Of a stretch of DNA of 64,000 bases, positions 29,213 through 38,757 are shown piece by piece; the first letter of the stretch is position 1, and each line of letters starts with the position of its first letter. The notes beneath the pieces were generated by a model. The model was given only the letters and a program-made list of their open reading frames with translations, had not been told where the DNA came from and ran no database searches. The position numbers and the translations under genes were made by a program. The stretch lies in the IMG/VR virus record IMGVR_UViG_3300025684_000010; one strand, given 5' to 3'. This DNA is from a virus.

Positions 29213-29300
29213 AATTCACCATAAACATAATATAAAATAAAAATTTCGAGAAATCAGCAGGGGTGTTTCCACCCCCACCTCTCGAGAAATGAGCTGTAGT

Positions 29301-29576
29301 TTAATCTACGAGCTTACCAGCCAATTCGCCTTCAGCACCAGTATCAACATTTACGGCGCCTTCACCAACCCCTTCAGGTTGCTTTGGTCCTTTCTGTCTT
29401 AGGAATGCTTCGAGTTTATTTCTTAGCATACCGATACCAGCTAGTTCTTGCCCTTGGAATCCACCGCGAGTACTGACCACGTCAATGATCTGTAGTAGCG
29501 TTGAGATATCTCCAAGAGTAATTACGGCTTCTTGCTCTTGCTGTTGGCCTTGTTGCATTGCATCATTCATATTCAT
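29301..29576 (-). CDS. hypothetical protein
   Basis: ORF in operon between gp45 and gp44. Confidence 0.7.
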   Translation of the reverse strand: MNMNDAMQQGQQQEQEAVITLGDISTLLQIIDVVSTRGGFQGQELAGIGMLRNKLEAFLRQKGPKQPEGVGEGAVNVDTGAEGELAGKLVD

Positions 29577-30238
29577 TACCTTTTATTATAAGTCGACTTT
29601 GAATCAATTGCCACGTAATACGTGACGCCTTCGCCTTTAAATTGTGAGATACCTTTTGAACAAAGCGTAACCTCATAATCTATTGGCATTAGTTTCAAGT
29701 TATCAGTTTTAATGATAATCCTGAACTCATCGGCAGTTTCCCCAATTTCAACGCCAAAGTCATCTGCGTTGTCGTTGGCACTGTCGATTGCTTTCAGATA
29801 GCATTTGCCGCCTTCGCCTACAAACGCAATCTCCGAAAATTGTAATACCCCTGCCGCCTTCAATACTGAAGACAACGTATCTGCCGTTACATCCACAACA
29901 ACATCAGCAGTAGGAATATTAATTTCCTTTTCTGGTGGAGTGTGAATCATTGATAGATCTGCAAAGACATACTTGGTACGTCTTTTTCCTTCCGAGATAA
30001 TAAAGTATTTATCAAAAAACTCCACATCTGGATCATTATATAGAGATAAAATTGAAAGAAAGCGCGATAAGTCGTAAATACAAGCATCAGCTGGTATTTC
30101 TTGACCGATATTCGCAATCGCAATCAATGTTTTCTCTGGAGTTATAGTCTTAATAACTGAACCAGCTGACAACAAGATTGACTTGTTGATAGAGGTAAAG
30201 CTTTTTAGGACCGTCAAGGTTTCGTTAGAAAATTTCAT
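29576..30238 (-). CDS. gp45: sliding clamp gp45
   Basis: MKFSNETLTVLKSFTSINKSI; IYDLSRFLSIL. Confidence 0.95.
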   Translation of the reverse strand: MKFSNETLTVLKSFTSINKSILLSAGSVIKTITPEKTLIAIANIGQEIPADACIYDLSRFLSILSLYNDPDVEFFDKYFIISEGKRRTKYVFADLSMIHTPPEKEINIPTADVVVDVTADTLSSVLKAAGVLQFSEIAFVGEGGKCYLKAIDSANDNADDFGVEIGETADEFRIIIKTDNLKLMPIDYEVTLCSKGISQFKGEGVTYYVAIDSKSTYNKR

Positions 30239-30271
30239 TATATAAGTTTCTCCATTAGTTTATTGTTGTAT

Positions 30272-30300
30272 ATTATAACAGGTTTATTTAGATTTGTCAA
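30272..30300 (-). promoter_or_regulatory. sigma70-type promoter upstream of gp45
   Basis: TTGACA-N17-TATAAT. Confidence 0.85.
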
Positions 30301-31153
30301 TAGGATTATAAGACTTTCTGTTAGATGTATTATCTGCAGTTGCCGTAACACCTAATTGACCGAGAGATCCCATGTCACCCTTAAAGATATAAGAACCAAC
30401 ATGGTTGATTTTCATCCAAGGACACATCCATACTGATAGACCAGCTTTACGAGCCATTCTACAGAAGAAGTAGTCTTCAGATAAGTACCTTCTAGATTCT
30501 GGGTCAATGACACAATCAAAGAAAGCGTGGATATCACGAGTACCGTCAAATTGTTCTGTCCTAACGTGATCTGGTCTATATGCCAATTCAGGATAAGCAT
30601 CTCGATATTTTTCTAATGCCTCTCTTGTAATTAGCATAAACCCAGTACCGCCTTCGGCAACTTCAACAGGTTCTGCGAGTTTAAATTGTTTTATATCTCC
30701 GACTGGATTAAAAACAAAATCTGATGTAAATTTTTCTAAGTCGAAAGGATTCTCTTTACCTACTCCATGTTGAGCAGCTGCAGCTACCTTTTCCCAAGCA
30801 ATTGTCTTCTTAGGATACGGTCCACATACAACATCGTATTTTTCTGGATCTGAAACTTGTAACGCAAGTAATGCTAACGCGTCACGTGGATCAAATCCAA
30901 TGTCTGCATCAATAAACAATAAATGAGTACAATCAGAACGAAGGAATTCATCTACGATATAGTTCCTTGCTCGTTGAATTAAACTTTCGTTGAATAGAAA
31001 GTAGTACTTCATTGGAATTTTGTGAGAACTACATAGCATACTTAAATCGTTAGTCGACTTAGTATAGATACCTGTACATTGACCACCATACATAGGTGTA
31101 CCAATAAAGAGTCTTTGTTTTTGTAGTTCTTCTGTCTTTACTTCTAACTTCAT
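30284..31153 (-). CDS. GT-A fold glycosyltransferase-like protein
   Basis: FIGTPMYGG, LIQRARN, LLFIDADI (DxD), GTGFMLI, LSEDYFFC. Confidence 0.7.
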   Translation of the reverse strand: MKLEVKTEELQKQRLFIGTPMYGGQCTGIYTKSTNDLSMLCSSHKIPMKYYFLFNESLIQRARNYIVDEFLRSDCTHLLFIDADIGFDPRDALALLALQVSDPEKYDVVCGPYPKKTIAWEKVAAAAQHGVGKENPFDLEKFTSDFVFNPVGDIKQFKLAEPVEVAEGGTGFMLITREALEKYRDAYPELAYRPDHVRTEQFDGTRDIHAFFDCVIDPESRRYLSEDYFFCRMARKAGLSVWMCPWMKINHVGSYIFKGDMGSLGQLGVTATADNTSNRKSYNPIDKSK

Positions 31154-31788
31154 ACTGTAATTTGCTCCATATCATTTTCTGCTCTAGTGATTGACTGTAA
31201 TCTTAATACATCAGCCAATATGTCCCATGCCGAATCGTGTGCTTTAAATACTGAATCCCACTTATCTTCGTTTGCACAAGGAGGGAATCCGTTCTTCTTT
31301 AAACCAAAATCAAACTTTGCATCAATAAAGGTTCTTGTATCTCTAACAGACCAATGCTTAAGGTGTGATTGTAGATGACCTACTTTACCTTGAGACTTAA
31401 AGAGTCTTTCAAGAATAACAGGATCAAAGGAATTAGATCTTGACCACCAATAGTTAATCTTTGGAGAATCAATCAAAAAGTCGGTAAACTGTTTCACAAA
31501 GTCTTCAACCGATAAGTCTGAACTTCTAGGAGCAATATTCTTTCTTACTTCTGAATCCTGTTTAGACCAAAAGTCGAGAGTGCCTTTATCGACTACCCAA
31601 CCATAGTTCTTTACTTGTTCTGCTACATCCAATTTAAATTTCTTTGCTTTGAATACATCACTTAAGTTATAGGGATTATCAGATGTAAACTTGTCCCACT
31701 GAAATACCATTACAGATACATCAATGACTGCGCAGTTATGAACATCTTGTCCCATTGTTTCGAAGTCGATGATTAAATCGTTTCTCAT
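31150..31788 (-). CDS. dexA: DEDDh 3'-5' exonuclease, DexA-like
   Basis: IIDFET; SFDPVIL; AHDSAWDI. Confidence 0.75.
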   Translation of the reverse strand: MRNDLIIDFETMGQDVHNCAVIDVSVMVFQWDKFTSDNPYNLSDVFKAKKFKLDVAEQVKNYGWVVDKGTLDFWSKQDSEVRKNIAPRSSDLSVEDFVKQFTDFLIDSPKINYWWSRSNSFDPVILERLFKSQGKVGHLQSHLKHWSVRDTRTFIDAKFDFGLKKNGFPPCANEDKWDSVFKAHDSAWDILADVLRLQSITRAENDMEQITV

Positions 31789-31813
31789 ATGTTTACCTTT
31801 AATTTAATATACT

Positions 31814-31842
31814 ATTATAACAAACTTTACTAGTCTTGTCAA
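31814..31842 (-). promoter_or_regulatory. sigma70-type promoter upstream of dexA
   Basis: TTGACA-N17-TATAAT. Confidence 0.85.
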
Positions 31843-31847
31843 TAGTT

Positions 31848-33074
31848 TTATGCAAAGAATTCATCTAAGTTTGGAGTTGTGTCTACACCATTCTTGTCAT
31901 GTTCCATTAATTGCTTATGGTTATTCTGTCGAAGATAGGTTGACTCTGACATATCGAGTTCGCCTGTAAGGAACTTAGCAATTTCACTATGGAGATCAGC
32001 AGATGTTGGTACAGGTACGTTTTGAGCGATATGATTCATTTTCTTCAAACCATGTAATAACTCAAAGTTCTCAGGAAAGCCCATCATATGTAAAGCTTCT
32101 CGAATTGTTAATGACCTTTCTTCAGTAGGATGCATTGTATCAACCATGTTACGACCAATTACTGCATTCATATATTCGCCAAAGACATGTACTGAACCAT
32201 CCCATACACCTTTACCATCAGCAAACTTCATAATGGCATGATCTGAGTATTTGGCGCCTTTTTCGTTTCCTGTTCTGTGGAACCATTCGTTGGCTTCTTT
32301 CATCCAACCTTTCTTACAAACATAATTCAGAGTTGTCTTAACGTCCTCTTCAACCATAAGCTCTCGAACATCACGATTTGTTTTTGTCTTAATGAAATTG
32401 TAATATGGTTCGTCAGGTACATGCTTATTAATAATCAAATCTTGATGTAATGCGTCAACAGGAATCTCTTGTAAGTATTCAGCAAAGTTCTTTCTTGGTT
32501 TATTATACCAATTCATTACAGGAGCAGAGTCAGACTTCCAGCCGATCGCAAAGGTCCTGTCGCGTCCTTGAGGAACTCCGTGGAATCTCGTCGATGTTTT
32601 ATATAGGGACAAAGAATAACCCCTCTCAGCGCAAATTTCGTACAGTCTATTTGCTACAGGACGACCTTTATTTGTAAACAATGCAGGAGCATTCTCAACA
32701 ATCACTACCTTTGCACCAAGTCTATCAATACCATCTTGAAAGACCATATACATAAATTCGTTCTTAGCACAACCTGCGCCTTTACTCTCTGTAGTTGTTC
32801 CTGTATTTAATTGAGATAGAGCAGCACATGGTGGAGTACCAGAGACCACATCAACTTGCGTTAGTCCACTGTTTTCTACTTCATCAAGTTTAATATAAGG
32901 AATATCGCGTCCCATTGTATTTTGTTGGTAGTTTACGTAATGACTATCGTTATCCTCAAACCCACCATAAGAGTAGATTGCTGTAGGTGGTTTACCAAAC
33001 GCTCTTTCTGCGCCTAGCATTTGTCCACCGATAAGCGGAATGAGTGGTGCCCATGTTATTTCTTTTTTGTTCAT
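31848..33074 (-). CDS. C5-cytosine DNA methyltransferase-fold protein with atypical motif I
   Basis: Motif IV GTPPC, motif VI ENAP, motif VIII QGRDR, motif IX RSLTIREALHMMGFP, motif X IAQNVP; motif I reads PLIGG rather than FxGxG. Confidence 0.85.
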   Translation of the reverse strand: MNKKEITWAPLIPLIGGQMLGAERAFGKPPTAIYSYGGFEDNDSHYVNYQQNTMGRDIPYIKLDEVENSGLTQVDVVSGTPPCAALSQLNTGTTTESKGAGCAKNEFMYMVFQDGIDRLGAKVVIVENAPALFTNKGRPVANRLYEICAERGYSLSLYKTSTRFHGVPQGRDRTFAIGWKSDSAPVMNWYNKPRKNFAEYLQEIPVDALHQDLIINKHVPDEPYYNFIKTKTNRDVRELMVEEDVKTTLNYVCKKGWMKEANEWFHRTGNEKGAKYSDHAIMKFADGKGVWDGSVHVFGEYMNAVIGRNMVDTMHPTEERSLTIREALHMMGFPENFELLHGLKKMNHIAQNVPVPTSADLHSEIAKFLTGELDMSESTYLRQNNHKQLMEHDKNGVDTTPNLDEFFA

Positions 33075-34312
33075 CCGAAAAAATCCTCAAGTGTTGCAGC
33101 TACTTTCTTATCAAATTGCGTTACATCTGGTGCAACATAATCATTATCAATCGCTGTCATAATTTTATTGTTTAAGAATGTACCATCGTAGTATTCAGGT
33201 TTACATATAAGTTTACGTAATCCTGTAATTACCGATTCATACTCCTGTTCATTATTTAATAACCTATTCATCCTTTCTTTAAATTCAGCAGGAGTTTTCG
33301 GTCTTAAAAAATCTGGTATTGGCAAATGCCCCTGTTCATCATAAGATGGATGCAAGAACGGTATCACACCAGCATGTACCATTTCAATATACTTTGAAGT
33401 TACCCAACCTTTTGCGATTGGAATAATAAAAGTAAATTTAACATTATTCATTTTAGCCATTACATCATCAAGATGAATAGATCCTTTGAACCTTGCGTCT
33501 GTTTCGGTATTAGGATGTTCCCATTTACCATAGATCTCAACATCATCATGTTCATCTAATACCCAATCCTTTAATAAATTGTATCTTGAAGGTTTAGCTT
33601 CGTTTAAGATAACCATAAAAGGAACGTTACGATTTAAGTTGAACTGTTCAGTATGTTGATAGTTAATACAGAAACAAGTTTCCATTCCTGCATATGTTGA
33701 AGGCATTGATCTGTCGTAACGATCTTGTTCTTCGTAAGATTTAATACTACTTACTTTATATTCATAATCGTATTGACCTAAAGATATATTTGGTAAATTG
33801 AATATGTCTCTTGATTGATTCATAACATACCGAGGATCGTTTACAATTTCAACATAATCAGGATTCTCTTCGTTAATCCAAATCGCAATTGGTGATGTAT
33901 AATTCTTTGTCATATCAATCACAGAAGCTTTAAGTGTACGATCTTTAACTTGTTCAATTTTGCCTGGGATCGTAACTGTACCAACTTGACCAACCATTAA
34001 AACAGTATAGTCTAATTTCATTGACCTACTCTTAAAGTAATCAATCACGTGATTAAAGAATCTATCTTCATCGTTGTTTTTAATACCTTTCCAAATATCA
34101 ATTACATTATCAAAGGGAAACAACTCCAATGATTCAGACTCATTTAGAGTACTGAAATCAGATCGTCCGATAATGTAAAATGTTTTGTCTGGGTTATTAT
34201 TTGCGAGTGCAATAAGTACTGTAGACGGCTCGTTGTCTCCACCAATAGGAGAGAAGCGATTCCGCTTAAACTTGACCGATTTACCGATCTTTCCAAATCC
34301 AATGTTTTTCAT
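33071..34312 (-). CDS. GT-B DNA glycosyltransferase, T4 beta-glucosyltransferase-like
   Basis: NDPR (cf. BGT TDIR catalytic Asp, from memory); FKGSIHLDDV..K..FII..WVTSKYIE..DEQGH parallels the BGT C-terminal domain. Confidence 0.6.
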   Translation of the reverse strand: MKNIGFGKIGKSVKFKRNRFSPIGGDNEPSTVLIALANNNPDKTFYIIGRSDFSTLNESESLELFPFDNVIDIWKGIKNNDEDRFFNHVIDYFKSRSMKLDYTVLMVGQVGTVTIPGKIEQVKDRTLKASVIDMTKNYTSPIAIWINEENPDYVEIVNDPRYVMNQSRDIFNLPNISLGQYDYEYKVSSIKSYEEQDRYDRSMPSTYAGMETCFCINYQHTEQFNLNRNVPFMVILNEAKPSRYNLLKDWVLDEHDDVEIYGKWEHPNTETDARFKGSIHLDDVMAKMNNVKFTFIIPIAKGWVTSKYIEMVHAGVIPFLHPSYDEQGHLPIPDFLRPKTPAEFKERMNRLLNNEQEYESVITGLRKLICKPEYYDGTFLNNKIMTAIDNDYVAPDVTQFDKKVAATLEDFFG

Positions 34313-34339
34313 AATATAAAGTTTGCCGTTCTGTTAAAT

Positions 34340-34774
34340 TTATTTATCCGAATTGACCACACGTTGTCTGAGCTCTGACGAACTGAAAGAATGCCTTCTG
34401 CGATTATAATGAACAGGACATAAACCTTTTCCAGTATGCTCAACATCTTTGTATTCTTCACCAACAATTCTAATATCAGGATTGATAGTCAAAATCATAT
34501 CAACCAATTCTTGTTCAGTTGAGAAAGGTATTACCTCGTCTACATATTTACAAGAAGATAACTGTATGTATCTTTCAAATGGAGTCTGAACTGGTTTGTT
34601 CTTTGCATTAGGACGATCCACGGTTGGGTCAATCAATAATCCAACAATTAAATAATCGCACAACGTCTTTGCTTCTTGTAGCATTACAATATGACCTGCA
34701 TGAAACAGATCAAACGTTGAACATGTAAATCCGACCTTACAATCTGCCGGTAATTTTTTCCTATCTAGAAACAT
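34340..34774 (-). CDS. cytidylyltransferase-family nucleotidyltransferase (TagD / RfaE domain II-like)
   Basis: GFTCSTFDLFHAGHIVML (HIGH motif); YVDEVIP; SSSELR. Confidence 0.9.
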   Translation of the reverse strand: MFLDRKKLPADCKVGFTCSTFDLFHAGHIVMLQEAKTLCDYLIVGLLIDPTVDRPNAKNKPVQTPFERYIQLSSCKYVDEVIPFSTEQELVDMILTINPDIRIVGEEYKDVEHTGKGLCPVHYNRRRHSFSSSELRQRVVNSDK

Positions 34775-35711
34775 TTTCTTCCCTCAAAATTTCTTTAACT
34801 CGTTTAGCATACACCGTATAGAGTGGTGTTTTATCAGTTGGTAGATAATGTATATATGCAGGGAAGGTTTTAAAATTTAACACTGCGTCGAGTTTTAGAA
34901 CCGTAGTCCAAATACGTACGTCACTACCAAACCTGCTTACCTCAAATCCATTCTCTGATAACCATTTATAATAAATTGCATATATGTTTTGTTCTATACA
35001 CCAAAACTTTCCACCCATAGATCGGTTATTACCTGGAGTTCCATACTTTGGTATAACAGAACCACCATAACCTTTTTTGTTTTTATACTTGTGTACACCT
35101 TCCATAATAAGAACATACATATCTTTACAAGCTGCTCTTTTAAAGAACTCAAGATAATGATCGTTTCTTGTATGTACAACCTGACCAGAATTCATACTAA
35201 AATAAGGTTTGGTTCTCATTGTAGTAATATCAACCTTATCTTTATAAATTGGATCAAGTACTGCTTCTACAAACTTACCCATAACACCTAATGCAGATTC
35301 GTTATAGAATACATAAGGTTCAAAGAAATAGTGGTCAACAGGCTTGAGTAATAACGTATCGTCATCAATCATCATTGCTCTGTTGATGTTTAATATTTCA
35401 TGTGCATAAGGAAAGACCAACCATTTGATTGCCACTCCATATACATCAAGTATTCGTAACAACCACTCTTCATCAAAGAAATGCTTTACTTTATCAATCA
35501 CATCAGTTACATAGTGAATTGTTATCTTATCTGATATACTTTCTACGTTATAGGTAGTATGCCGATCATCTAAGATAACATGCAAATTCATATATGTATC
35601 TTCGTCGTATACATTATACATCTCAAGAAGGTTTTCAATCCTTGAGATTTTATTGCTTACTATGAATATATCATTCTGCATAGTCGATAATATCCAATAG
35701 ATCGTTAACAC
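34761..35711 (-). CDS. GT-A glycosyltransferase, GT8-like
   Basis: MIDDDT (DxD), YFSMNSGQV, EQNIY, YIHY...K. Confidence 0.55.
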   Translation of the reverse strand: MLTIYWILSTMQNDIFIVSNKISRIENLLEMYNVYDEDTYMNLHVILDDRHTTYNVESISDKITIHYVTDVIDKVKHFFDEEWLLRILDVYGVAIKWLVFPYAHEILNINRAMMIDDDTLLLKPVDHYFFEPYVFYNESALGVMGKFVEAVLDPIYKDKVDITTMRTKPYFSMNSGQVVHTRNDHYLEFFKRAACKDMYVLIMEGVHKYKNKKGYGGSVIPKYGTPGNNRSMGGKFWCIEQNIYAIYYKWLSENGFEVSRFGSDVRIWTTVLKLDAVLNFKTFPAYIHYLPTDKTPLYTVYAKRVKEILREENVSR

Positions 35712-36717
35712 ACTGAATGATAAAGTCTTTATCTGGGTGGTACTTGTATACTCGAATCACTTCGGCAGCTGTTAGCGTTAACAACTCATACTTATCTATC
35801 CAATGATTATATGCCAACATTGTATTAATCACAAGATCTTGAGTATGACTATCATAACGATTGATTATTAAACTTGCGATAAACTTTGCTATGTCAAGTT
35901 CACGACAACCAAATACATTAGGAATAGGATCAATTAAGTACATTGTGTCACTGTCATTAAACAGCATGTTCTTAATACCAAAATCTCCATGACAATAACC
36001 ATACTCTAATTCAATAGAAGATAGTCTTTCAACAACATCATTAAAAGGTTCAAGGTTAGCATTAGTACAGTGATTTACGATTCTTGCTATATAATCATCA
36101 AAGGTTAGAAACTTTGTTTCGATTGGCATATTACCAAAAGCATCAAGAGCTTCTTGAATTAACGCCAATGCTTTATAAGGACTGTCTTCGAAGAAATTAG
36201 GATCGTTTTCAATATAATCCATTGTAATCGTATCACCAACCACTCGATGAATCTCAGGTGTACATACTGCCCAACCGGTTTTCTCATACCAAAGTGCGGC
36301 TTCATGAGCATTCTTTGCTGTCTTGTGAACAAACTTACCGTCGGTGTAAATGTCAGAGCCTGATAGGCCACCTTCCAATTCACGAATATCAGCCTCTACA
36401 AAATCTTCAGGTGTAATACCTTTGTCGTCAATGTAATATGCTGCGAGTGGTTTATTAAAACTGAGTGCATGGTACTTTACGTTATTCTTTTGTAACCACG
36501 ATTCAATTTGAGGTCCATACTTATCTGCAGCTTCTTCTCTACTCCTACAAGAAATAGATCCACGAGCTGTATATATGTCGATAGTCCAACCTTGATTATA
36601 TAGTTCATTACACTTTTCAATTAGAGCAACGTTGGGTTTTGCGTTATCCCAATCTCTATTTGATGTAAATGCTAGAGTGTCATCAAAGTCAAGGACTATT
36701 CTTTTATGTGACGACAT
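35671..36717 (-). CDS. HAD phosphatase fused to APH/choline-kinase-like phosphotransferase
   Basis: N-terminal LDFDDTL, YTARG, KP..YYIDDK; C-terminal CHGDFGIKN, LIDP. Confidence 0.82.
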   Translation of the reverse strand: MSSHKRIVLDFDDTLAFTSNRDWDNAKPNVALIEKCNELYNQGWTIDIYTARGSISCRSREEAADKYGPQIESWLQKNNVKYHALSFNKPLAAYYIDDKGITPEDFVEADIRELEGGLSGSDIYTDGKFVHKTAKNAHEAALWYEKTGWAVCTPEIHRVVGDTITMDYIENDPNFFEDSPYKALALIQEALDAFGNMPIETKFLTFDDYIARIVNHCTNANLEPFNDVVERLSSIELEYGYCHGDFGIKNMLFNDSDTMYLIDPIPNVFGCRELDIAKFIASLIINRYDSHTQDLVINTMLAYNHWIDKYELLTLTAAEVIRVYKYHPDKDFIIQCVNDLLDIIDYAE

Positions 36718-36719
36718 AA

Positions 36720-36923
36720 TTAGTCCTTCTTAAAATAAATGCTACGAGTTAGTCCACCAAAGAGGTAGGTGAAGTATAAGAAGAATGGAGCCGCAATTAC
36801 GAGTCGTATTGTATCAGAAGTTGCACCAACCAATTCACCGAGACCGATGAGAGCTGAGATTAATCCAATAATTAACACGACGGTTGCTACGCCAAATCCA
36901 AAGTCTTTCAATTTTTCTTTCAT
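36720..36923 (-). CDS. small two-helix membrane protein
   Basis: Hydrophobic ORF behind a promoter, with SD. Confidence 0.65.
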   Translation of the reverse strand: MKEKLKDFGFGVATVVLIIGLISALIGLGELVGATSDTIRLVIAAPFFLYFTYLFGGLTRSIYFKKD

Positions 36924-36950
36924 AATATAGTTTCCTTGTTAATATTTACT

Positions 36951-36979
36951 ATTATAACAAATTTTTGTGCAGTTGTCAA
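36951..36979 (-). promoter_or_regulatory. sigma70-type promoter for the glycosylation/MTase operon
   Basis: TTGACA-N17-TATAAT. Confidence 0.85.
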
Positions 36980-36983
36980 TAGT

Positions 36984-37436
36984 TTATTTAGCCAATCTGA
37001 AATCTGTTTCAAATTTACATCCTGACTCAATAAAGAGTTGTTTTGACTTATCATACGATTCTATCCATCTTTGAGGAACATCTTCTGCAGCCATTACAAT
37101 TCTATTTATGCCAACTTGGATAATTCCTTTTGCACATTCATTACAGACAGGTAAACCCCACACGTATATTGTTGTATCTTTTAACGATACTCCATGAAAG
37201 GAGGCATTGAAGATTGCATTCATTTCAGCATGCACAACGAGTTCGTATTTCAGTTCTCTATTGTTATACTTATCTGCTGAATCATCAATACCTTTAGGAA
37301 AGCCATTATAACCAGTTGCTAGGATACGTTTATCTTTTACAATAACCGCTCCTATTTGTTTACTTGGATCTTTTGACCAACTTGAAACTTCTCGGGCAAC
37401 TCGTATAAATCTTTGATCCCATTTATTTTCCTGCAT
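36984..37436 (-). CDS. cd: dCMP deaminase
   Basis: ATGYNGFP; HAEMNA; PVCNEC. Confidence 0.92.
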   Translation of the reverse strand: MQENKWDQRFIRVAREVSSWSKDPSKQIGAVIVKDKRILATGYNGFPKGIDDSADKYNNRELKYELVVHAEMNAIFNASFHGVSLKDTTIYVWGLPVCNECAKGIIQVGINRIVMAAEDVPQRWIESYDKSKQLFIESGCKFETDFRLAK

Positions 37437-38091
37437 TAATTAACGCCTCAATAAATTCAAAATGTCTTTCATATACATGAAGATTAGTTGCAGTCCAAAT
37501 CAAGTCACCGACCTCAACTTCGAGATCATAAGCAAGTTGACCTTGAACAAACTTTGCCCAAGCAACATCATTGTTATAACCAAAGACAGCATCGTTAGAT
37601 CTCATTACATAATGGGATATAAGTTTACCATCTCGAATCATAAACGTATTCGCAAATGTACACATAAAGTCAGACATACCATCACGGTTGAAATCAAGAT
37701 GCATACTTGGACGATTATAGATCATTGCAGCTCTACGGCTGTTTGGATTAGCTTTCAACTCTCGAAGTACATGTTTATATTGATTACCATTCTCTTCAGA
37801 GTAAATACACCAACCATAATTAGAATTGATCTTACCTTCGTTAGAAGATATATCTTTCCAAATCTGTGGTGTCTCTCCAGGAATATCATCAACATATAGT
37901 GATTCAGACATATACCACTCAAGTTCACGCTCGATGTACTTATATGCTGGTGTTCTAATCAACCAATTTTCATCAGCAACAAATGATTCACCAAGAACTT
38001 CAATAGTCTTAGCGCCTGACTTGTCAATGACATAATCTTCTGCAAGATACTTGTCAATTAGGTCTGCTCGGATATCATTTGTTGTTTTCAT
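37423..38091 (-). CDS. gp42: dCMP hydroxymethylase (T4 gp42-like)
   Basis: Long blocks match recalled T4 gp42: KTIE, SFVADE, YIERELEWY, DIPGETP, INSNYGW, DGMSDFMCT, MRSND.VFG..ND.AW (Asp at the cytosine-specificity position), LHVY.RHF. Confidence 0.9.
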   Translation of the reverse strand: MKTTNDIRADLIDKYLAEDYVIDKSGAKTIEVLGESFVADENWLIRTPAYKYIERELEWYMSESLYVDDIPGETPQIWKDISSNEGKINSNYGWCIYSEENGNQYKHVLRELKANPNSRRAAMIYNRPSMHLDFNRDGMSDFMCTFANTFMIRDGKLISHYVMRSNDAVFGYNNDVAWAKFVQGQLAYDLEVEVGDLIWTATNLHVYERHFEFIEALINAGK

Positions 38092-38345
38092 TAGATGGAT
38101 TCCATTAACGCTTCAATATCAGATACTTCTGCAATTAGATCAGAAACATTTTGATTATGGAAAGCTCTTGCGGTTTTCCTTAGGATTGATTTTGGGATCT
38201 GAACTTCATCAGCCAAAGCATTGATTGCTTCTTTCTGAAAATCACGTTCTGATTCCATTCGAGTAAACGAATTACTCATTTCTTCCATACAACCACGGAT
38301 TCGTTTTTTGTCTGCGTCACTTGACGGTATCATTATATTGCTCAT
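38091..38345 (-). CDS. conserved phage hypothetical protein (helical)
   Basis: ORF overlapping neighbours in the operon. Confidence 0.7.
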   Translation of the reverse strand: MSNIMIPSSDADKKRIRGCMEEMSNSFTRMESERDFQKEAINALADEVQIPKSILRKTARAFHNQNVSDLIAEVSDIEALMESI

Positions 38346-38689
38346 TATTTAGTACTCCTGTTAAATACATCTTTAGTTGAATCCTGACCTTTAATACCTT
38401 GACGACAGTAAGAGACAAAGAAACTTGAATAGTTAATTAAATCTTTTGCTGAATCTTCAAGGGACTCAAAGTTAGGATCGTAATCATCTGACTGCATTGC
38501 TTCCATTACTGATTTCATACGTAGCATTTTTGCATGCATAATATCATGAATGGTTGTAATTCCGTTAGGATAGTAGTCAGCTTGTTGAACAGTCGAGTTT
38601 GGATTTTGATAATCTCTCGACTTTTTCAATTGAAGGTCAACACACTCTTGTAGTACATCGACCGAAACTGGGTTGGTTGGTTTTGTCAT
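38345..38689 (-). CDS. nucleotide-modification-associated domain protein (NMAD1/DUF1599-like, all-alpha)
   Basis: LQLKKSRDY; KMLR; EDSAKDLINYSSF. Confidence 0.6.
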   Translation of the reverse strand: MTKPTNPVSVDVLQECVDLQLKKSRDYQNPNSTVQQADYYPNGITTIHDIMHAKMLRMKSVMEAMQSDDYDPNFESLEDSAKDLINYSSFFVSYCRQGIKGQDSTKDVFNRSTK

Positions 38690-38712
38690 ATAGACTCCAT
38701 AATAAAAAATAT

Positions 38713-38741
38713 ATTATATCAAAGATTCTTGATAATGTCAA
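38713..38741 (-). promoter_or_regulatory. sigma70-type promoter for the gp42/cd operon
   Basis: TTGACA-N17-TATAAT. Confidence 0.85.
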
Positions 38742-38757
38742 TGGAAATTTCGTATAC

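Noticed and set aside
37423-38091. Annotation as ordinary thymidylate synthase
   Set aside because: Matches T4 gp42 blocks and has Asp rather than the ThyA Asn at the specificity position
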